19,999 nucleotides of DNA from Myxococcota bacterium (GTDB lineage Bacteria > Myxococcota_A > Polyangia > Nannocystales > Nannocystaceae): positions 1-19,999 of the forward strand of contig JBCCWC010000249.1 of the NCBI GenBank assembly GCA_039194325.1. The letters run 5' to 3'. Positions 15,001 to 19,999 of the stretch are shown in pieces (position 1 is the first letter of the stretch; each line of letters starts with the position of its first letter). Below the pieces are notes generated by a model, which was not told where the DNA came from, did no database searches, and saw only the letters and a program-made list of their open reading frames with translations. The position numbers were made by a program, and so were the translations under genes.

Positions 15001-15207
15001 CATGCCGCCAGCCCCAACGCGTTCGAGAATGACGAAGCGACCAACCTTGGTCGGCGACGGCGCTCGCCCAAAGAGCGAGGATTCGATCTCCTGCCGCATC
15101 CGCCGATACTCGACCCCGCGGTCGAGGGTTAGCCGCCGGGACTCGTGCTCGGACCCATCGGCGGTCGGAGCATCACCAAGATCGACCGGCGGCACGCCGG
15201 TCAGCAT
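12091..15207 (-). CDS. Ser/Thr protein kinase with transmembrane segment and C-terminal TPR-rich region
   Basis: Hanks kinase motifs are present (GAGGMGTVF, VAVKVL, HRDFKPHNVIL, DFGLA, GTPAYMAPE). A TM helix (WLLGVTAAGLVSAISLGVMALG) is followed by ~650 aa of TPR-like repeats. ATG 15207 is preferred; TTG 15231 is possible. Confidence 0.9.
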   Translation of the reverse strand: MLTGVPPVDLGDAPTADGSEHESRRLTLDRGVEYRRMRQEIESSLFGRAPSPTKVGRFVILERVGAGGMGTVFSAYDEVLDRKVAVKVLHSSVDDDGRARVLEEARAMARLCHPNIVVVHEVGEHDGQVFLTMEFVRGRSLDRWIDHEGSPRSWSEVLAVFRKAGQGLAAAHAAGLVHRDFKPHNVILGDDGAVKVLDFGLAIPNRSTNDTGGTEPSSVPGVDDRTAATTAAATTVGGSLAGTPAYMAPELLLGQPVTSGSDQFSFCVSLYQALYGQLPRRSGRDLLMAQGSRGSSWVHVPEGASVPRWLEAVCLRGLAKEPSERFPSMSALLEALERDPGRARRRWLLGVTAAGLVSAISLGVMALGGDTPDPCEGRRAIIDEVWGDERRQAAHHGVLASGVPYAPDTWSRLSTPLDAYAEDWVEGSTEACRAHARGLQSRALFDLRTICLESRMASFEALVSMLVRADEQVVLHAAEAVGGLPSLTRCADLNALTADLPPPDDPTQLARVGELRRLLARARVQGDLGQYERAMSLADDAREQAESVGYPPLLAEAALQQGAARQEREPERADALLGEALWAAVGAGHHPIAIEALARRVYVRANWLARPEHTADDEAHARALMRRTSADERLRWLLANNLAIAYVRRGDVERAFESYEEALGHAQAWGLRGRFAMSAVRINLANLAVEVGDLSKAETLATSALALAQEVLGPAHPLIPRYRYPLGMALWQQGRHTEARTIFEGSVALHQEQPALSADMVPDLDMLAELALERRDHARALELAERGRALVEDQLGPEHALVVGLDHTIGRALIGLGRTEEGMARHRRALALAEKIHGSDSPMTGISHRSLGRAWFELDSAHWSDAAASLERARSLLEHGLNFEFELGSTFRWIGAVALESGAHRDALAALDRAHELIGRSVSYETPVLAPVYRLRATAQARHGDWAAAARDLEQGLSLLGSFDDDHPLRGCIQAGLARVYARCDPELSAECEHQGSTIPKAARRLAMLARQSYQALGVAFVDEAQALDRWLGDSGRP

Positions 15208-15378
15208 GACCTTCAGATAGCTTTGTAGCAAGTCTGAATCGCCGCAGAACGTCGTTCATAGCCATCTTGAAGGGGATCCGCGACAGGTCCAAGAAAAATA
15301 GCAAAGTTCGCAATCTTTGGACGCACAAAGCGGACTTCTTCGTCAGCATCCAGCTGTGGATGCCCACGGAACGCCCCC

Positions 15379-16392
15379 ATGCCTGATTCCACGCCCTACT
15401 ATCGACACCTGTGTTCATGCATCATCCTGTGCGTCGCCTGCGAGCCCGACGCTTTGGAGCCCGACGTTTTCGAGGAGGATATAGACGCCGCCGTCGATAT
15501 CGAGCTCGAAGCACGCATCGGACGCAGGCACCAAGGCATCCTCGTCAATACCGGAGAGATCAACACGGACACCGAGCTAGGGCGAGCATTCTCCCCCGAG
15601 TTTACGAAGGACCGTAGCTTTCACGAAGGTCATCGACTCGATGCGATCTGGTATACCGAATATCACTTCGTCGACCCCGCCTCGTTGTATCTCATCGACG
15701 GCGAGCTGTTCGGCGTTGCCGACGGGGTTGGAACGATCTCCGGCCTGGACTTCGACGACACGATATGGTGGGTCGACGAGCTCGACGATCAAGGCGTGCT
15801 CCACTACCACGACGTGGTGCTCGACGTCGACATCGACAACAACGAGTACCTCTACGACTTTTACTGGTATGTCAGTGACTCGATACAGATTCCCATGTGC
15901 AACGCGATGGGAAACGGCGGGTCGACCTCCGCGACAATCCTCGAGAATATCGCGGTCGACGAGGCATTGGGCACCATCTCGCCTGCGCCCGGTAACCTCT
16001 ACTTGGCCTGTGACGCGGGGGCGATCGGCAAGGCGGTGGCGCGGGGCTACCATCCCGATGACCATGGCACCGATGTGCTCCAAGCGGCGGTTCGGATGAT
16101 CCGCGCCGATTACTGCGGAGACGGCAACTCCTGGACCGCCGCGGGGACCGAGCTGTTCAGCGAAGAGTACCGAGAATTCGTGATCACCGAGGCGCTGGGC
16201 CTCCCGGGAGAGGTAGTCCCGAACACCCAGCTCGAGTCGTTCTGGACCCCCCACGGCGCAAAGTGTCTATCCCATCGCCGCTACGGGAATGGCATCGTGA
16301 CCTGTGAGAATTCCGTGTTGTTGTTCGGGTGCTTCGATCAGTCTCCCTTCACCGATGATGCGCTCTTTCGCACCGAGATCTTCATGCCCTAG
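15379..16392 (+). CDS. ADYC-domain lipoprotein (myxobacterial family)
   Basis: 337 aa with a Cys-containing signal-like N-terminus (LCSCIILCVAC) and an acidic region. The motif RADYCGDGNSWTAAGTELF is characteristic of ADYC-domain proteins, recognised from memory. Confidence 0.6.
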   Translation: MPDSTPYYRHLCSCIILCVACEPDALEPDVFEEDIDAAVDIELEARIGRRHQGILVNTGEINTDTELGRAFSPEFTKDRSFHEGHRLDAIWYTEYHFVDPASLYLIDGELFGVADGVGTISGLDFDDTIWWVDELDDQGVLHYHDVVLDVDIDNNEYLYDFYWYVSDSIQIPMCNAMGNGGSTSATILENIAVDEALGTISPAPGNLYLACDAGAIGKAVARGYHPDDHGTDVLQAAVRMIRADYCGDGNSWTAAGTELFSEEYREFVITEALGLPGEVVPNTQLESFWTPHGAKCLSHRRYGNGIVTCENSVLLFGCFDQSPFTDDALFRTEIFMP

Positions 16393-16751
16393 CAACGCAG
16401 CGCGCGGCCATTCTCGGGAGGCTGCCCGGGAGGCTGGTCGGGAAGTCGGTAGCACGGTGCCACTCGCTCGGCGACCTTGCGGTTGTGTCGTCGGGCGTCC
16501 CACTCGAGCGGCACTCCGAGGGCACGGCAGCTGTCGCGGAGATCCCGGGGAGGCTGGGTACGATGCAGGCGATCGCGTAGCCAAGCCCGCAGGGTGTAAA
16601 GAGCGGTGATCTGGGCGGCCAGCCCAAGCCACTGGGCCTGGGTGTCGGCCATGGGCTGGGTCCATGTACGGCGCAAGGGCTGCTTGAGGGTTCGAATGCG
16701 CTGCTCCAGCGCACGGATGTCGGCTTCGAGTCGAGGGATGTCGATGTTCAT
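16389..16751 (-). CDS. Hypothetical coiled-coil protein, co-transcribed with PTH2-like gene
   Basis: 120 aa. ATG 16751 lies 10 nt after the PTH2 stop and has an AGGAA SD in the gap (TGAAGGAATCATCATG). The N-terminus is helical (IPRLEADIRALEQRIRTLKQ). No family recognised. Confidence 0.55.
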   Translation of the reverse strand: MNIDIPRLEADIRALEQRIRTLKQPLRRTWTQPMADTQAQWLGLAAQITALYTLRAWLRDRLHRTQPPRDLRDSCRALGVPLEWDARRHNRKVAERVAPCYRLPDQPPGQPPENGRALRC

Positions 16752-16761
16752 GATGATTCCT

Positions 16762-17142
16762 TCATTCGAGTAGAGGCAGGCGACGGGTCGCCTTGCGGAC
16801 TTTGGTTCGATCGCTCACCGGCATGAGGCCGATGGCCATCAGCGCGCCGCACCAGGGCGGATCGGGCTCGCGGATCGCCCGGTGCTCGATGCCCAGCCGC
16901 ACGAGGCATTGCTCGATGCTCCGCAGGTGAGCCTCGTCGCGAGCGGCCAAGGCCACGGCGCGGGTGCCCGACGGCAAGCTCCCGGGAGAGCTCTCGCCGG
17001 CCGCATGAATGAGCTGAGCGGCGAGCACACCCCGCGGTAGATCGGCGCGAACGATGCAGTAGTGAGTGGGCAGCCGGGCGGGCGGATCCGGACCAGAATT
17101 GGTGCGTCGAGTGGGGTTCGAACCCACAGCCTCCTGGGGCAT
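16762..17142 (-). CDS. PTH2-family (archaeal/eukaryotic type) peptidyl-tRNA hydrolase; start uncertain
   Basis: The core HYCIVRADLPRGVLAAQLIHAAG ... RAVALAARDEAHLRSIEQCLVRLGIEHRAIREP ... ALMAIGLMP ... VRKATRRLPLLE follows the Pth2 pattern (VVR.DL..GK..AQ..HA ... IRDAG.T ... AIGP ... TG.L.LL). There is no ATG/GTG/TTG between the core and tRNA-like A. The only in-frame ATG (17142) lies inside that tRNA-like gene. Confidence 0.65.
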   Translation of the reverse strand: MPQEAVGSNPTRRTNSGPDPPARLPTHYCIVRADLPRGVLAAQLIHAAGESSPGSLPSGTRAVALAARDEAHLRSIEQCLVRLGIEHRAIREPDPPWCGALMAIGLMPVSDRTKVRKATRRLPLLE

Positions 17143-17177
17143 TACTCCAGGTGCACGGCCGATTGTGCTTTCGACGC
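17100..17177 (-). tRNA. Non-canonical tRNA-like gene, 9-nt anticodon loop, anticodon undetermined, CCA encoded
   Basis: GCGUCGA-AA-GCAC-AAUCGGCC-GUGC-A-CCUGG-AGUAAUGCC-CCAGG-AGGCU-GUGGG-UUCGAAC-CCCAC-UCGACGC-A-CCA. The acceptor, D and T arms are perfect. Position 8 is A instead of U. The anticodon loop is 9 nt, or 7 nt if an extra A:C pair is counted. Confidence 0.5.
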
Positions 17178-17504
17178 TCTTGGTGGCCGAGCGGGTTGTG
17201 GCAAGCTGCGAGGGGCGTTCGCCGCTCGCGGCGGCAAGAAGCGACGTTGAGCCCGGCACGGGGTACCGGACGCTCGGCTCAGTCGACCGCGCCGCCGAGT
17301 CTCGCGAGGAGCTTCCGCTAGCGGTCCGAGGGCCCTCGGGGGGCTGACTGTCAATGCAAACGCATCGAGGGAACTATGAGGGGCCAACGGGGGTGCGTCA
17401 AGGATCTGTGAGGATCTTCGTGACTGGCTTGGTGGCCACCCTTCGCGGCCACCGCGGTCCACCGGCGAGCTCCCGGCGAGCTCCCGGCGCGGCGAGCCCG
17501 ACAC

Positions 17505-17830
17505 GAGCGAGCGCGACGATAGGGCACGCTTGGGAATGGACAGCAGGTCGTCGCGCTCGATGGGCTCAGGGCGCGGTATCTGGGGATGGCGTTCAGCGAG
17601 CGCGTCATCGAGGGCCGTCAAGATCGCCATCATCGCCTCCTCCACGCCGGGGGTCTCGCGGGCGATCTCGAGATCGACCCACACCGCGTGCCAGCGCCCG
17701 CTCTCGTTGAGGTGATCCTCGAGCCACATGGCGCTGGTGGTCTTGCCGGTCTGCCGTCCGGCGTGCAGCGTGAAGTAGCTGTGCGTATCGATGAGCGCGA
17801 GGACGTCGGGTAGGTAGGAGCACGAAATAC
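17505..17830 (-). pseudogene. Fragment of an AAA_35-like P-loop ATPase (no start codon, degenerate C-terminus)
   Basis: The frame reads ...ISCSYLPDVLALIDTHSYFTLHAGRQTGKTTSAMWLEDHLNESGRWHAVWVDLEIARE... with Walker A GRQTGKTT. There is no ATG/GTG/TTG upstream in frame before the tRNA. Downstream of ~17505 the sequence becomes low-complexity R/P/S. Confidence 0.5.
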
Positions 17831-17936
17831 CCGACCGAATTGGATGCCTCGTCCATCTGCAACGCTGGGAAAGAATGATCCATCCGCGTGGAAAGTAAGC
17901 CCGTGGCCGAAACCACGGGCGACGATGAATGAGACC

Positions 17937-18013
17937 TGGCGATCCCCCCGGGATTCGAACCCGGAACCTTCGGGATAAAAAGCCGTTGCTCTACCAGATT
18001 GAGCCAGGGGACC
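17937..18013 (-). tRNA. tRNA-Lys(UUU)-like, weakened anticodon stem, CCA encoded
   Basis: GGUCCCC-UG-GCUC-AAUCUGGUA-GAGC-A-ACGGC-UUUUUAU-CCCGA-AGGUU-CCGGG-UUCGAAU-CCCGG-GGGGAUC-G-CCA. Pair 27:43 is A:A and 31:39 is C:C, leaving only 3 G-C pairs in the anticodon stem. Confidence 0.65.
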
Positions 18014-18014
18014 G

Positions 18015-18091
18015 TGGCGATCCGGGAGGGAATCGAACCCTCGACCTTCGGGGTAAGAAGCCGCTGCTCTGACCAACTGAGCTACCGGACC
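18015..18091 (-). tRNA. tRNA-Lys(CUU)-like, weakened anticodon stem, CCA encoded
   Basis: GGUCCGG-UA-GCUC-AGUUGGUCA-GAGC-A-GCGGC-UUCUUAC-CCCGA-AGGUC-GAGGG-UUCGAUU-CCCUC-CCGGAUC-G-CCA. Pair 27:43 is G:A, 31:39 is C:C and position 38 is C. Its 3' end lies 1 nt from the 5' end of the next tRNA. Confidence 0.65.
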
Positions 18092-18171
18092 GACATGGGT
18101 GGCCGCGGGGTGTTCACGCGGCCCTGGCGAGCCCGCACGCACGGATGTACGCGCGGGCTAGGGTTTGTGCT

Positions 18172-18249
18172 TGGTGCCTCGGGACGGGCTCGAACCGCCG
18201 ACGCCCACGGCTTCAACGTGGCGCTCTACCAAGACTGAGCTACCGAGGC
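18172..18249 (-). tRNA. tRNA-Phe(GAA), CCA encoded
   Basis: GCCUCGG-UA-GCUC-AGUCUUGGUA-GAGC-G-CCACG-UUGAAGC-CGUGG-GCGUC-GGCGG-UUCGAGC-CCGUC-CCGAGGC-A-CCA. Canonical cloverleaf. Confidence 0.9.
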
Positions 18250-18393
18250 GCATGCTTGGGTGACGCCCGGTCGCGCTTCGCAGCACGCCGGGCCACGAAA
18301 AGTGCCCGGCGATCGCCGAAGCATGCGCGCCCGCTCGTGACAGCAGCGCGACCGAGCGAGTCGAATGTCGTAGGGAAGTCATGACGGATCTCG

Positions 18394-18440
18394 GAGGGTG
18401 GACGGAGCCCGAGGGTGGACGGAGCCCGAGGGTGGACGAG
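18394..18440. repeat. 17-nt tandem repeat x ~2.8 in tRNA spacer
   Basis: gagggtggacggagccc occurs twice, followed by the partial unit gagggtggacgag. Confidence 0.9.
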
Positions 18441-18467
18441 CTCGCGAACGAGACAGACGAAGAGCAG

Positions 18468-18542
18468 AGGGCCAGGCGGGATTCGAACCCGCATTCCTCT
18501 CGTTTAACAGACGAGCGCTGCAACCGATTCAGCTACTGACCC
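18468..18542 (-). tRNA. tRNA-Asn(GUU), no encoded CCA
   Basis: GGGUCAG-UA-GCUG-AAUCGGUUG-CAGC-G-CUCGU-CUGUUAA-ACGAG-AGGAAU-GCGGG-UUCGAAU-CCCGC-CUGGCCC-U. The variable loop is 6 nt and pair 4:69 is U:G. Confidence 0.8.
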
Positions 18543-18569
18543 AAGAAGCTCCGGGCGTCGAGCCCGGAG

Positions 18570-18593
18570 GTTGATGTTGATGTTGATGTTGAT
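18570..18593. repeat. Hexanucleotide repeat (GTTGAT)x4 in tRNA spacer
   Basis: gttgatgttgatgttgatgttgat. It is immediately flanked by the hairpin ctccgggc-gtcga-gcccggag (18549-18569). Confidence 0.9.
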
Positions 18594-18621
18594 GTCGAGA
18601 TGGAGATAAAGAGGGATGCTA

Positions 18622-18698
18622 TGGCGATCCGGGAGGGAGTCGAACCCTCGACATGCGGGTTAAGAATCCGCCGCTCTAACCAACTGAGCTACCGGACC
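18622..18698 (-). tRNA. tRNA-Lys(CUU), A31:C39 mismatch, CCA encoded
   Basis: GGUCCGG-UA-GCUC-AGUUGGUUA-GAGC-G-GCGGA-UUCUUAA-CCCGC-AUGUC-GAGGG-UUCGACU-CCCUC-CCGGAUC-G-CCA. Confidence 0.85.
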
Positions 18699-18767
18699 GA
18701 TGGGGCGAGCAAGCCGACACGACGGCTTGCGCGAGGGTGCCGGGCCACACGAAGCGCTCGGTGGCGG

Positions 18768-18840
18768 TACCAGGGGTGGGAGTCGAACCCACGATCGTCG
18801 CTTCATGAGAGCGCTGCCTTGACCGCTCGGCTACCCTGGC
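18768..18840 (-). tRNA. Atypical tRNA with CAU anticodon (Met/Ile2-like), G37, 3-bp D stem, no CCA
   Basis: GCCAGGG-UA-GCC-GAGCGGUCAA-GGC-A-GCGCU-CUCAUGA-AGCGA-CGAUC-GUGGG-UUCGACU-CCCAC-CCCUGGU-A. Pair 1:72 is G:U and 27:43 is G:A. The D arm is Ser/Leu-type but the variable loop is short. Confidence 0.55.
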
Positions 18841-18962
18841 AAGAGTTCGCAAGGAGGGGAGCATGGGCATGAGCTCGTCATACGCGATCGCTCGCGAACG
18901 CGGCGCGTCGGAGCAGATCGAATGTCGTGAGGAGGTCATCATCTCAGTTCCAGGGATCGAGA

Positions 18963-19016
18963 GCCAGATCTGACAAGCCAGATCCGACAAGCCAGATCCG
19001 ACAAGCCAGATCCGAA
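18963..19016. repeat. 14-nt tandem repeat x ~3.8 in tRNA spacer
   Basis: gccagatctgacaa, then gccagatccgacaa x2, then the partial unit gccagatccgaa. Confidence 0.9.
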
Positions 19017-19040
19017 GGACGGATCCAAAAGTGACAGTAG

Positions 19041-19114
19041 GGCCGGCAGCAGGAATCGAACCTGCAACCCCCTGATTACGAGTCAGGTGCTCTACCCGAT
19101 TGAGCTATACCGGC
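19041..19114 (-). tRNA. tRNA-Thr(CGU), no encoded CCA
   Basis: GCCGGUA-UA-GCUC-AAUCGGGUA-GAGC-A-CCUGA-CUCGUAA-UCAGG-GGGUU-GCAGG-UUCGAUU-CCUGC-UGCCGGC-C. Canonical cloverleaf. Confidence 0.9.
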
Positions 19115-19800
19115 GCGTGGTGCCTGCCGGTCGCCTCGGGGGCGCTTGTTTCCCTCGTGTCGAGCACCTCGGTGCTCGCCTGGCCAAGATTGATCAGCCT
19201 TACACCGAGAAAACGCTCAACACGAGCTAAAATTATGGCCATTATTGGCCATAAACGACCCCATCGCGACCATCATGGCCGTCGTGAGGGTCTGTGTCGT
19301 GGTGCGTTTCATGGCGCAGTTCCAATCCCGCCGAAGCGGTCCTTGTCGGTTTAGGGGATGATTACGGGCGGGTCAAGCAGAGGATCGACAAAAAATAGCG
19401 GACGCTCCGCTCCAGCGTCGGTCGCCGAGTGCTCCAGCCTTATAGAGCATTTCCTGAACGGGTTTGAGCAATGAACAACCAGGAGATAACGGCGCCCAAC
19501 GCAAACGAGCATCAGGTGGCGCTGTCAAGGATCTCTGCGTGCGCGAGATGAACTCAACGCGATCTACTAGTACCCATCGTCCGTGATTTTTGTCTTTCGG
19601 AACAGCGGGCCGGGCGCTGTTTCCGATCGAGAACGGAACGCCCGCTTAAGTTTCTGAAATCATGAGCGATAAAAGGCATCCAAACCTAAGCTGCAGCGAC
19701 CCCAGGCGAAGTACAGCGCCAATACCGCGTTTTATCTATCGCGGCTTTCCCGCCCTACTTTTCTGCAAGCGCACTGCATGTCAGGCTCTGTCCCAGGACC

Positions 19801-19999
19801 ATGACCGCGTCGACTTGGGAAAAACTTCTGAGCGACTATCGCAGGAAGAAAGGCAACGACCAGCCATCAGGAGAGCCTCGGAGTGCATTCGAACGCGATT
19901 ATGACCGAATTCTGTTCTCTGCTCCGGTACGTAGGCTTGCCGATAAGACTCAGGTCTTCCCGCTAGATTCAATCGATACTATCCGTACACGCCTCACCC
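19801..19999 (+). CDS. dGTPase-family (HD-domain dNTP triphosphohydrolase) protein, 5' partial, runs off the window
   Basis: The frame is open from ATG 19801 to the window end: [66 protein letters not shown]. It matches the conserved Dgt N-terminus (F.RD.DRI..S..FRRL..KTQVFPL....RTRLTHS). It is absent from the ORF track because there is no stop in the window. Confidence 0.75.
   Translation, partial: MTASTWEKLLSDYRRKKGNDQPSGEPRSAFERDYDRILFSAPVRRLADKTQVFPLDSIDTIRTRLT

Noticed and set aside
9391-19016. Tandem repeat tracts (9391-9480, 18394-18440, 18570-18593, 18963-19016) as CRISPR arrays.
   Set aside because: The units are 6-17 nt and directly abutting, with no unique spacers. No cas genes are present in the window.
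17066-19354. ORFs running across the tRNA genes (17066..17347, 17630..18142, 17999..18238, 18145..18384, 18158..18523, 18600..18872, 18676..18990, 19100..19354).
   Set aside because: They contain the tell-tale GFEPT/GSNPT/GIEPST peptides that result from translating T arms. They are explained by the tRNA genes.
1-19999. Evidence for a bounded mobile element (integrase, transposase, att direct repeats).
   Set aside because: No integrase, transposase or recombinase-like ORF and no obvious terminal repeats are visible in the window. Island status rests only on composition, the tRNA array and gene fragments.

Overview
All calls here were made by eye, with no searches or folding programs. This is a high-GC bacterial chromosomal segment of roughly 65-70% GC, dropping to about 55% after 19140. 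The gene content (ADYC-domain protein, Ser/Thr kinase-TPR, Cys-rich LamG protein, pilin-like helix) suggests Myxococcota, which is an inference. The left part (1-4650) is ordinary: a secreted LamG protein, a lipoprotein with a pilin-like helix, a DUF1772 membrane protein with a decayed NmrA-like remnant, and a LysR regulator. The centre (4648-9995, minus strand) is the main candidate for a new system. Two tandem paralogous structured RNAs have covarying closing helices and U-run ends. One of them contains a circularly permuted tRNA-Ala-like module, so it resembles the bacterial Y RNA YrlA. They sit directly upstream of a tightly packed operon: a vWA protein with a Ro60/TROVE-like N-terminus, a 313-aa protein with an E2-like C-terminus, a 90-aa Ubl-like protein ending in Gly, a minimal ThiF-type E1, and Sua5 (the t6A TC-AMP synthase). 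A RelA/SpoT-domain protein fused to a degenerate Nudix-like domain (10377-12059) is transcribed away from this locus. A Ser/Thr kinase-TPR and an ADYC protein follow. Next comes a PTH2-type peptidyl-tRNA hydrolase operon, then an eight-member same-strand tRNA array (17100-19114). Four array members are non-canonical: three Lys tRNAs lack a Watson-Crick 31:39 pair, one tRNA-like gene has a 9-nt anticodon loop, and one CAU tRNA has G37. The window ends in a lower-GC non-coding stretch and the 5' end of a dGTPase-family gene. The overall theme is a cluster of tRNA- and RNA-end-centred modules.
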